A stretch of DNA of 53,919 nt, taken from IMG/VR virus record IMGVR_UViG_3300032285_000220, positions 1 to 53,919 of that record, one strand, 5' to 3'. Within the stretch, counting starts at the first letter, position 1. Each line of letters opens with the position of its first letter. Positions 9,403 to 18,464 of the stretch are shown here, in pieces. A program made the translations under genes and the position numbers. This DNA is from a virus (taxonomy: Duplodnaviria > Caudoviricetes). Below the pieces are notes generated by a model. The model was not told the origin of the DNA, made no database searches, and saw nothing but the letters and a program-made list of their open reading frames with translations.

Positions 9403-9677
9403 TGAACCATAAAGCTATATATAAACTATATCCACAAGTAGTCATGGTAGATGACACTGCCGGTGCATTTGATAAAGACGGAAATGAAGTTGAAATTGAT
9501 TTAGAGTTAGTAAATGCTTGGATTGATCCGGAGGCATATAAATACAAAAGATCTGCAGAATATCCATCTATTCAAGACCAACTTGATATGCAATATTGGG
9601 ATAAAATAAACGGAACCAATAATTGGGAAGCATTAATTACAGAACTAAAAGAAAAGTATCCAAAAGGAGTTAGATAA
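9402..9677 (+). CDS. Tail fibre assembly chaperone-like protein
   Basis: YKYKRSAEYPSIQDQLDMQYWD...IT.LKEKYPK motif, directly after a fibre gene. Confidence 0.6.
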   Translation: MNHKAIYKLYPQVVMVDDTAGAFDKDGNEVEIDLELVNAWIDPEAYKYKRSAEYPSIQDQLDMQYWDKINGTNNWEALITELKEKYPKGVR

Positions 9678-9959
9678 ATGGCACATTTTGCAAAAGTAGT
9701 AGACGGTAAGGTTACACAGGTCATCGTGGCTGAACCAGAATTTTTTGATACATTCGTAGATTCAAGTCCTGGCACTTGGTTACAAACTTCATATAATACT
9801 CATGGTAATCAACACCCAGAAGATAGACCTTTAAGAGGTAACTATGCTGGTATTGGTTATACATATGATTCAGTGAATGATGTATTCTACGCACCAAAAC
9901 CAAGTGACACAGCAGTGTTAAACGAAACAACATGGTTATGGGAAGAACCTGAGGCTTAA
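9678..9959 (+). CDS. Small tail-associated protein (MAHFAK family)
   Basis: MAHFAKV...WLQTSYN...RGNYAGIGYTYD...FYAPKP; commonly adjacent to Gly-rich fibre genes. Confidence 0.6.
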   Translation: MAHFAKVVDGKVTQVIVAEPEFFDTFVDSSPGTWLQTSYNTHGNQHPEDRPLRGNYAGIGYTYDSVNDVFYAPKPSDTAVLNETTWLWEEPEA

Positions 9960-9961
9960 TA

Positions 9962-10990
9962 ATGCCAATTAGTCAAATCATCACTAACAGTATTGCATCG
10001 GGACAAACAATTACCAACCCAACCATTTCTGGGTATATGAATCTTCCAACTTGGACAACAGCTACACGTCCCTCAAGTCCTGTTGCAGGAACTCAAGGTT
10101 ATAACACAACCACTGGAACCGTAGAATATTATTCAAGTGTAGATAGTGCATGGCATACAGTATCAAATGTATCTACAGGACCTTATTCAGCAGATTATTT
10201 AGTTGTAGCAGGTGGCGGTGCTGGAGGATCTCAAGAATCTGGCGGTGGTGGCGGTGCTGGTGGTCTATTAACAGGTACAGCTACGTTAACTGCAGGAGTA
10301 GTATATACAGCTACAGTAGGTGCTGGAGGTGCTGGATCAAGCAGTGGAGCTGTAAGAAATAATGGGTCAAATTCTGTATTAAGTGGAACAGGAATAACTA
10401 CAGTAACTTGTATTGGTGGTGGAGCTGGTGGTAATCAAAGCAATACTCCTCCTGGAAACTCTGGTGGTTCTGGAGGTGGATGCTCATATGCGTCTGGCGG
10501 GTCAGCTGGTGGATCTGGCACTACAGGACAAGGTTATGCTGGAGGTAGTCATACAGGAAATGCATATGGGTGTGGAGCAGGGGGTGGAGGATCATCATCT
10601 GTAGGTGTGAATGCAACTACAAACTCAGGTGCAAATGGTGGGTCAGGAACTTCATCTTCTATTACTGGTTCAGCAGTATCTTATGCAGGTGGTGGAGGTG
10701 GTGGTTCTAACGGAGGAACGACAGGTGTAGGTACAGGACAAGCTGGCGGTGGTAATGGTGCTTATAATGGAGGAGCACAGGCTGGTTCAGCTACTGCAAA
10801 TAGTGGTTCTGGTGGTGGCGGAGCAGGTTATACACCAACTGCAACATCAGGTTCAGGTGGTTCAGGTGTTGTTATTTTATCAATTCCTACATCAAGATAC
10901 ACAGGTACAACTACAGGTTCACCAACAATTACAACAAGCGGTTCTAATACAATTATTAAATTTACATCTTCTGGAACATATACAGCATGA
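9962..10990 (+). CDS. Glycine-rich tail fibre/receptor-binding protein
   Basis: YLVVAGGGAGG...GGGGGAGG domain; C-terminus GGSGVVILSIPT...KFTSSGTYTA shared with 12671-13525. Confidence 0.7.
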   Translation: MPISQIITNSIASGQTITNPTISGYMNLPTWTTATRPSSPVAGTQGYNTTTGTVEYYSSVDSAWHTVSNVSTGPYSADYLVVAGGGAGGSQESGGGGGAGGLLTGTATLTAGVVYTATVGAGGAGSSSGAVRNNGSNSVLSGTGITTVTCIGGGAGGNQSNTPPGNSGGSGGGCSYASGGSAGGSGTTGQGYAGGSHTGNAYGCGAGGGGSSSVGVNATTNSGANGGSGTSSSITGSAVSYAGGGGGGSNGGTTGVGTGQAGGGNGAYNGGAQAGSATANSGSGGGGAGYTPTATSGSGGSGVVILSIPTSRYTGTTTGSPTITTSGSNTIIKFTSSGTYTA

Positions 10991-12507
10991 GTTATATAGG
11001 TAACAGCCCAATATCACAAGCATTTGTCACAGACCAATTTAGTGGTACTGGGTCTCAAACTGCGTTCACAATGTCAGTGGCTCCGGCTAATACTGCGTCA
11101 TGTATCGTGGCTGTATCTGGTGTTCTTCAAGACCCAAGTACTTACTCAGTATCAGGCACAACCCTAACATTCTCAGTAGCGCCACCAACTGGTACGGGAA
11201 ATATCTCCGTGCGCTATTTAGGCATTCCTGCAACAGGAGTGACCACAACAGCCTATAGAACGGTAACAGAATTCACAGCAACAGCATCACAAACTACATT
11301 CACACCACCTTCATACACAGTTGGCTTCTTAAATGTATATAGAAACGGTGTCTTACTAGGTTCAGCTGATTACACAGCATCAAACGGAACAACAGTAGTA
11401 TTAGCTACAGGATGTATCGTAGGAGACTTAGTCACTACAGAATCATTCTTAGTATCATCAGTGCTTAATGCTATACCTAATACAACAGGATCTATATCAA
11501 GTAGTAACTTACCTGCTGGTTTAACAATTACTACACCAACTTTAACTTCACCAGCTATTACAGGAACACCGACTGTAGGTGGACAAAACCTTACACCATA
11601 TACAATGAAGAATAGGTTTATTAATGGAGGTATGGCTATTTCTCAAAGAAACGGAACTTCAAGTGCTTCATTTTCTGCTGGTGCTATTACATATGGCGTA
11701 GATAGATTCTTTTTATATCCAACTGGAGCAGCGGTTACTGGACAACAAGTTACAGGAACAAATACAGGAACAGGATATGCTTTTAGAATTACTGGTGCAA
11801 CTGGAAATACTGCTTGTAACTTTTCTCAAAGAATTGAAAATTTAAACACATTAGATTTAAATAGTACATCAGTAACTATAAGCTTTAAAGCATATGCCTC
11901 TACATCAATTAGTAATATACAAGTAGCGGCATTTTGTGGCACTTCTGCAAATACTGGATATGGATCAGGAAGCAATGCTTTTTCTTCAATATTTTCTTTA
12001 TCTTCTGGATTAAATACCATATCTCAAACAATTACTTTACCTGCTACAGCATCTAATGGATTTGAATTGGCAATAGGATTTGGTTCTGGTATAGGTAATG
12101 GAGTTACAGTTGATATATCAAATGTTCAACTAGAAGTAGGTTCATACGCAACTCCTTTTGAGTGGAGACCTTATGGTATGGAGTTACAGTTGTGTCAGAG
12201 GTATTTGCCAGCTTTTGGAGGAAATGGTACTGGTGGTGAATATTTTGGATATAGTTACACTACAAATGGTTCTGTTATATTTTTCCCATTTCCAGTATTG
12301 GCAAGAACAGCACCTACATCATTGACTACTACAGGTACCTTTACTGGTTATAATGCTGCTAATTCATCATCGTCAGCTACATTTGGATTTAATACTGCAG
12401 ATTCATTATGTGCATCAGTAATATCCAACTTTACTTCTACATCAGGAACTCCATCAAGAGTTAATTTGGGAGCAGGAAGAGTATTTTTTAATGGATGTGA
12501 ACTATGA
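10987..12507 (+). CDS. Tail fibre protein with carbohydrate-binding-like domain
   Basis: N-terminus paralogous to 8395; KNRFINGGMAISQRN...VQLEVGSYATPFE...ELQLCQRY domain shared with 15146. Confidence 0.7.
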   Translation: MSYIGNSPISQAFVTDQFSGTGSQTAFTMSVAPANTASCIVAVSGVLQDPSTYSVSGTTLTFSVAPPTGTGNISVRYLGIPATGVTTTAYRTVTEFTATASQTTFTPPSYTVGFLNVYRNGVLLGSADYTASNGTTVVLATGCIVGDLVTTESFLVSSVLNAIPNTTGSISSSNLPAGLTITTPTLTSPAITGTPTVGGQNLTPYTMKNRFINGGMAISQRNGTSSASFSAGAITYGVDRFFLYPTGAAVTGQQVTGTNTGTGYAFRITGATGNTACNFSQRIENLNTLDLNSTSVTISFKAYASTSISNIQVAAFCGTSANTGYGSGSNAFSSIFSLSSGLNTISQTITLPATASNGFELAIGFGSGIGNGVTVDISNVQLEVGSYATPFEWRPYGMELQLCQRYLPAFGGNGTGGEYFGYSYTTNGSVIFFPFPVLARTAPTSLTTTGTFTGYNAANSSSSATFGFNTADSLCASVISNFTSTSGTPSRVNLGAGRVFFNGCEL

Positions 12508-12674
12508 TTTATAAACTATACAAAACACTTAATAATCAAGATGCAGCTATTGGTACTAATGAAGATGGCTCAACAGTAAGTTTTTTATTTGACGAAGATA
12601 ACACCGATTACCAACAATATTTAAAATGGTTAGAAGCAGGTAATGAACCTTTACCAGCAGAGGAAACACAATGA
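12504..12674 (+). CDS. Tail fibre assembly chaperone, 56 aa (not in ORF track)
   Basis: Translated by hand: MIYKLYKTLNNQDAAIGTNEDGSTVSFLFDEDNTDYQQYLKWLEAGNEPLPAEETQ. ATGA overlaps on both sides; paralog of 16250-16411. Confidence 0.75.
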   Translation: MIYKLYKTLNNQDAAIGTNEDGSTVSFLFDEDNTDYQQYLKWLEAGNEPLPAEETQ

Positions 12675-13525
12675 CAAGAGCCGTAAACGTATCATCTTTT
12701 ACACCTACATCTTGGACAACAGCAACCCGTCCAGCTTCGCCTAATACGGGGCAGATGGGATATAACACAACAACAAATGCGATGGAGTATTATAATGGGT
12801 CAACTTGGAATGGATTAGGTTCAAACTCATACGCTTATGCAGCTACAGTTTTAACTGTGGGTGGTGGAGGTGGCTCTACTGGTGGTACTGGAGGAGTTAA
12901 TTATGGTGCAGGTGGTGCTGGTGGTGTATTAAGATCATCAAGTATAAACTTAATTTTAGGTACAGTTTATACAGCTACTGTAGGCGCAGGTGGAACAGGT
13001 ACAACTTCTGGAACTCCTCAATCTGGAGGAACATCATCATTTACAGGGGCTACAAGCGCTACAGGTGGTAATGGTGCAGCAAGTTCAAGTTTTGCTGGAG
13101 GCAGTAATGCTGATTATTCTGGAGCAGCTGGACCTGGAGGAACTGCTTCAGGTGGTGGTGCTGGTGCTGGGGCTAATGGATCTAGTTCAACTGGTGGAGC
13201 GGGAGCAGCATCGTCTATTACAGGATCTTCGATAACATATGGAGGCGGCGGTGGTGGTATCATTGGAGGTGCTGGAGGCGCTGGAGGCGCTGGAGGTGGA
13301 GGTGCAGGTAATGGTTCAGGTGCTGGAACGAATGGTACAACGAATTTAGGTGGAGGCGCTGGAGGTTCAGCTTCTGGTACATTTGCAAATGGTGGATCAG
13401 GTGTAGTGATTATTTCTGTCCCAACAGCATCTTATTCAGGCACAACTACAGGAAGCCCAACCGTGACAACATCAGGAAGTAATACTATAATTAAGTTCAC
13501 AAGCTCAGGATCATATACAGCATAA
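12671..13525 (+). CDS. Glycine-rich tail fibre/receptor-binding protein
   Basis: Paralog of 9962-10990 (WTTATRP.SP..G..GYNTTT...EYY; near-identical C-terminal ~35 aa). Confidence 0.7.
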   Translation: MTRAVNVSSFTPTSWTTATRPASPNTGQMGYNTTTNAMEYYNGSTWNGLGSNSYAYAATVLTVGGGGGSTGGTGGVNYGAGGAGGVLRSSSINLILGTVYTATVGAGGTGTTSGTPQSGGTSSFTGATSATGGNGAASSSFAGGSNADYSGAAGPGGTASGGGAGAGANGSSSTGGAGAASSITGSSITYGGGGGGIIGGAGGAGGAGGGGAGNGSGAGTNGTTNLGGGAGGSASGTFANGGSGVVIISVPTASYSGTTTGSPTVTTSGSNTIIKFTSSGSYTA

Positions 13526-13534
13526 GGATAAACT

Positions 13535-13747
13535 ATGGCATTAACTAAAGTACAAGCAGCAATGATAGGTGGAACAGCGGGCACTCAAGCCTTTGCTCCA
13601 GGCGTACCTATTTATGAAAATACTTTATCTATATCTACAAGTTACACAATTTCATCAGGTTCTTCAGCCATGTCTGTAGGTCCTATAACAATTAATTCAG
13701 GTGTGGCAGTGACTGTACCTGCAGGGAGCAAGTGGGCGGTATTATGA
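13535..13747 (+). CDS. Small tail-associated protein
   Basis: AAGGA RBS; YEN...ISTSYTI.SG.SAMSVGPITINSGV.VTVP.GS.W motif. Confidence 0.6.
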   Translation: MALTKVQAAMIGGTAGTQAFAPGVPIYENTLSISTSYTISSGSSAMSVGPITINSGVAVTVPAGSKWAVL

Positions 13748-14301
13748 GTTCAATTACACTTAATGGCGATATTTCAGGACAAGCTATAATTCAGGCTCCA
13801 AGTGTAGCAGGTACTCCTACGCTTACACTTCCTACAACAAGTGGTACTTTTTTAACAACAGCTAATACATTTGCAAATAGTGGTGGGCCTACATTTAGTG
13901 CATATCCAAGTGGTGTTCAGTCAATACCAAATTTAACATGGACTAAATTAGCTTTTCAAGTAGAAGAATGGGATACAGCAAACTGTTTTGATAATACTAC
14001 TAATTATAGATTTACACCTAATGTAGCTGGATATTACCAACTTAATGGTGGAGTTCAATGGTCTGGTGCAACATTTGCTGGTGAGAACGGAATACAATTT
14101 TATAAAAATGGTAGTGGATGGAAAACTACCCAAGATTTAAACGCAGCTGCTTATGGTGTTTCAGGCTCATGTTTAGTTTATTTAAATGGCACAACTGATT
14201 ATGTTGAGATGTATGTTATCCAAGGTTCAGGTGGAGCTAAAAATACCTATGCTGGAACACAATCTACATTTTTCCAAGCAGCAATGATTAGGGGAGCATA
14301 A
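13744..14301 (+). CDS. Tail fibre protein with C1q/TNF-like C-terminal domain
   Basis: PTFSAY...EEWDTANCFDNTTNYRFTPNVAGYYQ...LVYLNGTTDYVEMY. Start taken at the ATG overlapping the previous stop (MSSITLNG). Confidence 0.6.
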   Translation: MSSITLNGDISGQAIIQAPSVAGTPTLTLPTTSGTFLTTANTFANSGGPTFSAYPSGVQSIPNLTWTKLAFQVEEWDTANCFDNTTNYRFTPNVAGYYQLNGGVQWSGATFAGENGIQFYKNGSGWKTTQDLNAAAYGVSGSCLVYLNGTTDYVEMYVIQGSGGAKNTYAGTQSTFFQAAMIRGA

Positions 14302-15146
14302 TGGCATCAACGATTAACGCAACAACAAGTTCAGGCATAGTTACCACAGCGGATAACACAGGTTCATTACAGCTTCAAACAACAGGTACAACTGCGCTTA
14401 CTGTTGATACATCACAGAATGTAAGTATTGGCACATTATCAAGTAATGGAAGATTAACCGTTCAATCTGCAGGAACAAGCACTACTGCAGGAGCAAATAT
14501 AGTTGCAAGATTTCAAACCAATGGATCTGGTTACGATTCTTCTATTCAATTTTCAGACAATGTAGCCAATTCTGCTGTCATAAGTATGACAAGTGGGGCG
14601 TTAAACTTTATATCTAATGGTGTTCAATATGCAAAAATAGACTCTAGTGGTAGAGTGTTAATTAATACTACAAGTACAACTGGTGGTGGTGTTACTGCGG
14701 GATTAATGAATTTAGTATCTTCAGCAGATTTTGGTATCGTATTAAGTATGCCATCTGGCAATTATCAAGCAATGAGATTTGTAGATGGAACTACAGCTGT
14801 TGGTTCTATTAATTTAACAACATCTTCTACAACTTACGGAACTTCATCTGATTACAGATTAAAAGAAAACATTGCACCAATGACAGGTGCATTGGATAAA
14901 GTGGCACAACTTAAACCTGTTATATATACATGGAAAGCAGATAATACTACAGGTCAAGGTTTTATTGCTCATGAACTTCAAGAAATTATACCAGATGCAG
15001 TTGTGGGTGAAAAAGATGCAGTCAATGAAGATGGTTCTATAAGACCACAAAGTATAGATACATCATTCCTAGTAGCAACTCTAACAGCCGCCATTCAAGA
15101 ACTAAAAGCAGAATTAGATGAATTAAAAGCAAAGGTAGGTAAATAA
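14301..15146 (+). CDS. Tail fibre/spike with peptidase S74 intramolecular chaperone
   Basis: TSSDYRLKENI...GFIAHELQEIIPDAVVGEKD...LTAAIQEL plus a C-terminal coiled coil, the S74 autocleavage signature. Confidence 0.85.
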   Translation: MASTINATTSSGIVTTADNTGSLQLQTTGTTALTVDTSQNVSIGTLSSNGRLTVQSAGTSTTAGANIVARFQTNGSGYDSSIQFSDNVANSAVISMTSGALNFISNGVQYAKIDSSGRVLINTTSTTGGGVTAGLMNLVSSADFGIVLSMPSGNYQAMRFVDGTTAVGSINLTTSSTTYGTSSDYRLKENIAPMTGALDKVAQLKPVIYTWKADNTTGQGFIAHELQEIIPDAVVGEKDAVNEDGSIRPQSIDTSFLVATLTAAIQELKAELDELKAKVGK

Positions 15147-16249
15147 TGTCTCTTATCATTGACGGAACCAATGGCGTTACCTTTAACGACTCATCTCTAC
15201 AAGGAGCTGCAGCGTCACCTTATGTGCTAAAGAACCGTATTATAAATGGTGACATGAGGATAGACCAAAGAAATGCTGGTGCATCGACAACTCCTACTTT
15301 AGATCAAACATATACTTTAGATAGATGGGCTGCTGGTTTAAGTGCTGGTTCAAAATATAGCGTGCAACAAAATGCAGGTTCTGTAACGCCTCCATCTGGA
15401 TTTACTAATTATTTAGGTGTAACTTCTTTATCTTCTTATACAGTTGGTGCATCTGATTATTTTTATATTAATCAAAGAATTGAAGGATATAATGTTTCTG
15501 ATTTAGCTTACGGAACTGCATCAGCAAAAACAATAACACTTTCATTTTGGGTTCGTAGCTCTCTTACAGGAACATTTGGTGGTTCTGTTTTTAACGCAAA
15601 TAGTAGTTATACTTATCCATTTACATATACCATATTAGCAGCTAATACATGGGAACAAAAGTCAATAACTATTGCTGGAGATACTGCACGCGCTTTAGCA
15701 ACAACAAATGGTCTTGGTTTTTTAGTTTCATTTGGATTAGGAGCTGGTTCTACTTATAGTGCAACTGCTGGTTCTTGGCAATCAGGGCTTTTTGTTTCAG
15801 CTACAGGTGCAACATCAGTCGTAGGCACTAACGGAGCTACCTTCTACATCACAGGTGTACAACTAGAAATAGGCACATCAGCAACACCGTTTGAACGCAG
15901 ACTTTATAATCAAGAATTGGCTAATTGTCAGAGGTATTATTGGAAAAATATAGTAACAGTAGCAAATGCAGGATTTGGACTTGTGGGGGCTTTTAGCAGT
16001 ACAACAACTTTATATTGCTCTATTCAATACCCTGTTCCAATGAGAACAGCTCCAACTATAACACAATCAGGAACTAGTATAGCAAATGGAGCTGTGGGTT
16101 CTGTGGTAACAAGTATTCCAGGAGCAACTATAGGAGCTAATGGAGCAGTGATTGGATTTACTGCTGGAGCATCATTTACAATAGGACAAGGTGGATATGT
16201 ATATGGACCAACAATTGGTAATTATGTAGATTACACAGCGGAGTTATAA
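15146..16249 (+). CDS. Tail fibre protein with carbohydrate-binding-like domain
   Basis: KNRIINGDMRIDQRN...QRIEG...TLSFWVRS...VQLEIGTSATPFE...CQRYY. Confidence 0.7.
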   Translation: MSLIIDGTNGVTFNDSSLQGAAASPYVLKNRIINGDMRIDQRNAGASTTPTLDQTYTLDRWAAGLSAGSKYSVQQNAGSVTPPSGFTNYLGVTSLSSYTVGASDYFYINQRIEGYNVSDLAYGTASAKTITLSFWVRSSLTGTFGGSVFNANSSYTYPFTYTILAANTWEQKSITIAGDTARALATTNGLGFLVSFGLGAGSTYSATAGSWQSGLFVSATGATSVVGTNGATFYITGVQLEIGTSATPFERRLYNQELANCQRYYWKNIVTVANAGFGLVGAFSSTTTLYCSIQYPVPMRTAPTITQSGTSIANGAVGSVVTSIPGATIGANGAVIGFTAGASFTIGQGGYVYGPTIGNYVDYTAEL

Positions 16250-16411
16250 ATGTATAAACTAATTAAAGACCATCCAATTTTTGGGAGTGCTAATTCTATT
16301 ATTAGGACTACAGATGGTGCATCTATCCCATTTGACCCAGCTAACACAGACTACCAAGCCTACCTAAAATGGGTAAGTGAAGGCAATGAACCTTTACCTG
16401 CGGACGAATAA
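16250..16411 (+). CDS. Tail fibre assembly chaperone, 53 aa (not in ORF track)
   Basis: Translated by hand: MYKLIKDHPIFGSANSIIRTTDGASIPFDPANTDYQAYLKWVSEGNEPLPADE. GGAG RBS; TAATG coupling to the next gene. Confidence 0.75.
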   Translation: MYKLIKDHPIFGSANSIIRTTDGASIPFDPANTDYQAYLKWVSEGNEPLPADE

Positions 16412-17319
16412 TGTTTGGATACGCTGCCTTTGCTCAACCACCTTTTGCATCTCTTGCGGGAACAGCATACAGCCTATCTTTAACTGAAAATATTAATATG
16501 GCTGATACAAGTAGCCAAGTGTGGGCGTTTAACCCATCAATTACTGAGAATGTTGTGATGAACGACATTAATGCTCCAGCAGGTCAGTTCTATGGATTGA
16601 TTAACGAAGTTATTACTATGGCAGATACACCAACTATATCTGCTCAATTTGCAACAAACTTAACTGAAAATTCAGTTTTAAACGACACACCAACTATAGC
16701 AGCAGGATTCGCACAAAGCGTTACTGAAAACTCTAACTTAGCTGATACATCAACTCAGTACTTTGCAGCGTTAGAAGACCGAGTAGAACCATTTACAATG
16801 AACGATGTAAGAAGCATAGCAGCACAGTTCTTAGCTAGTTTAAATGAAAATAGTAACTTAAATGATACACCAAGTATAGCTGCGCAATTTGCACAAAGCG
16901 TAGTAGAAAACGTTAATCTAAATGACGCCAACACAGCATTTGCAGGGTTTGTAGCAAGTCAAGCTGAAAATATAACCATGGCTGATGTAGAAACTATTGT
17001 CTCTATATTCTTGTTTAATATTGTAGAAAACTTTAATCCCGCAGATAGCAACACAGTTAGCACTAATTACAACATATCTATTATTGAAAACTCTAACCCT
17101 CAAGATGTCTATTCTGTAAGAGCAGATTTAAACTTCACTATAGATGAAGTCTTTACAATGTTAGATAAGATTTGCTACAACGGCTGGTTTAAGATTGACG
17201 ATAGTCAAACAGCTTCTTGGTCTGTAGTTGCAGGTCCTGCTACAGCGGGCTGGGTTGATATAAATGATGGGCAAACACCAAGTTGGGGCGCAATTGATAC
17301 CTCGCAATCATGCAGTTAA
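16411..17319 (+). CDS. Virion structural protein with ~12 tandem 20-aa repeats
   Basis: MFGYAAFAQPPFASL N-terminus; repeats carry invariant E and D; Trp-spaced C-terminus. Confidence 0.65.
   Translation: MFGYAAFAQPPFASLAGTAYSLSLTENINMADTSSQVWAFNPSITENVVMNDINAPAGQFYGLINEVITMADTPTISAQFATNLTENSVLNDTPTIAAGFAQSVTENSNLADTSTQYFAALEDRVEPFTMNDVRSIAAQFLASLNENSNLNDTPSIAAQFAQSVVENVNLNDANTAFAGFVASQAENITMADVETIVSIFLFNIVENFNPADSNTVSTNYNISIIENSNPQDVYSVRADLNFTIDEVFTMLDKICYNGWFKIDDSQTASWSVVAGPATAGWVDINDGQTPSWGAIDTSQSCS
16471..17167 (+). repeat. Degenerate 60-nt (20-aa) tandem coding repeat
   Basis: For example ATNLTENSVLNDTPTIAAGF / LASLNENSNLNDTPSIAAQF / AQSVVENVNLNDANTAFAGF. Confidence 0.75.
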
Positions 17320-17354
17320 TGTATAATACGGATAACTAAAATAAAGGATTTATT

Positions 17355-18455
17355 ATGGCAAGTACCTATTCAAACCTCAAGATAGAACTTATTGGTACAG
17401 GTGACCAGTCTGGTACCTGGGGGGTAACTACAAATACAAATTTAGGCACAGCGATTGAAGAAGCGATTACAGGATCAGCTGACGTTACTTTTGCAAGTGC
17501 TGATGTTACTTTAACCCTATCTAATACCAATACTTCTCAAACTGCTCGTAACTTACGTTTAAACTTAGTAGGTACAGTAGGTGCTGCTCAAAACTTAATT
17601 GTTCCTAATATTGAAAAGCAATACATTGTTAATAATACTTTAGGCTACGATATTACAATTAAGAATTCAACTGGCACAGGTGTTGCAGTTCCTGCCGGTA
17701 AATCTATGATTGTATTTAATACAGGTACAAACGTAGTTGAAGTAGTCACAGCTCTAGCAACAGGCACAGTGATTCCAGTAGCTAACGGTGGTACTGGCGT
17801 TACAACATCCACAGGTACAGGCAGCGTTGTACTAAGTGCAAGCCCAACTTTAACAGGCACACCTCTAGCTCCAACAGCAACACCTGGTACTAACACAACT
17901 CAAATTGCAACAACTGCATTCGTACAAAACGTAGCTGGATCTTTAGGAACATTATCTTCACAAAATGCTAACGCTGTAGCTATTACAGGCGGCGCTATAA
18001 ACGGTACTACAGTAGGCACTACTACTGCAGCTGCGGGTGCATTTACTTCATTGTCTGCAAATAGCGTTACATCATTAGGTGAAACAACAACTGTATCAGC
18101 AACTGCTGCAACAGGTACAATTAATTATGACGTTATTACACAAGGTCTTCTCTACTACACATCAAATGCGATTGCTAATTGGACTGTGAATTTTAGAGGA
18201 AATAGCTTAACAACGTTAAATACGTTAATGGCTGTTGGCGAAACAAGAACAGTAACTTTCTTAGTCACACAAGGTTCTGTGGCATACTATAACACTGCAG
18301 TAACTGTAGATGGAGTTTCTGTAACACCTAAATGGCAAGGGGGTTCAGCACCAACTTCAGGCAATACATCAGGTATTGATGTGTATACGTACAGCATTAT
18401 TAAAACAGCATCAGCTACATTTACAGTATTAGCATCACAAACACAGTTTAAATAG
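17355..18455 (+). CDS. Tail fibre/tail structural protein
   Basis: MASTYS.LKIELIGTGDQSGTWG.TTNTNL N-terminus; SPTLTGTP.APTA..GTNTTQIATTAFV fibre motif. Confidence 0.7.
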   Translation: MASTYSNLKIELIGTGDQSGTWGVTTNTNLGTAIEEAITGSADVTFASADVTLTLSNTNTSQTARNLRLNLVGTVGAAQNLIVPNIEKQYIVNNTLGYDITIKNSTGTGVAVPAGKSMIVFNTGTNVVEVVTALATGTVIPVANGGTGVTTSTGTGSVVLSASPTLTGTPLAPTATPGTNTTQIATTAFVQNVAGSLGTLSSQNANAVAITGGAINGTTVGTTTAAAGAFTSLSANSVTSLGETTTVSATAATGTINYDVITQGLLYYTSNAIANWTVNFRGNSLTTLNTLMAVGETRTVTFLVTQGSVAYYNTAVTVDGVSVTPKWQGGSAPTSGNTSGIDVYTYSIIKTASATFTVLASQTQFK

Positions 18456-18464
18456 GACTAGTTA

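Noticed and set aside
8395-16411. Diversity-generating retroelement or invertible shufflon for tail fibres
   Set aside because: No reverse transcriptase or recombinase in the window, no near-identical repeat pair differing only at adenines, and all modules are co-oriented.
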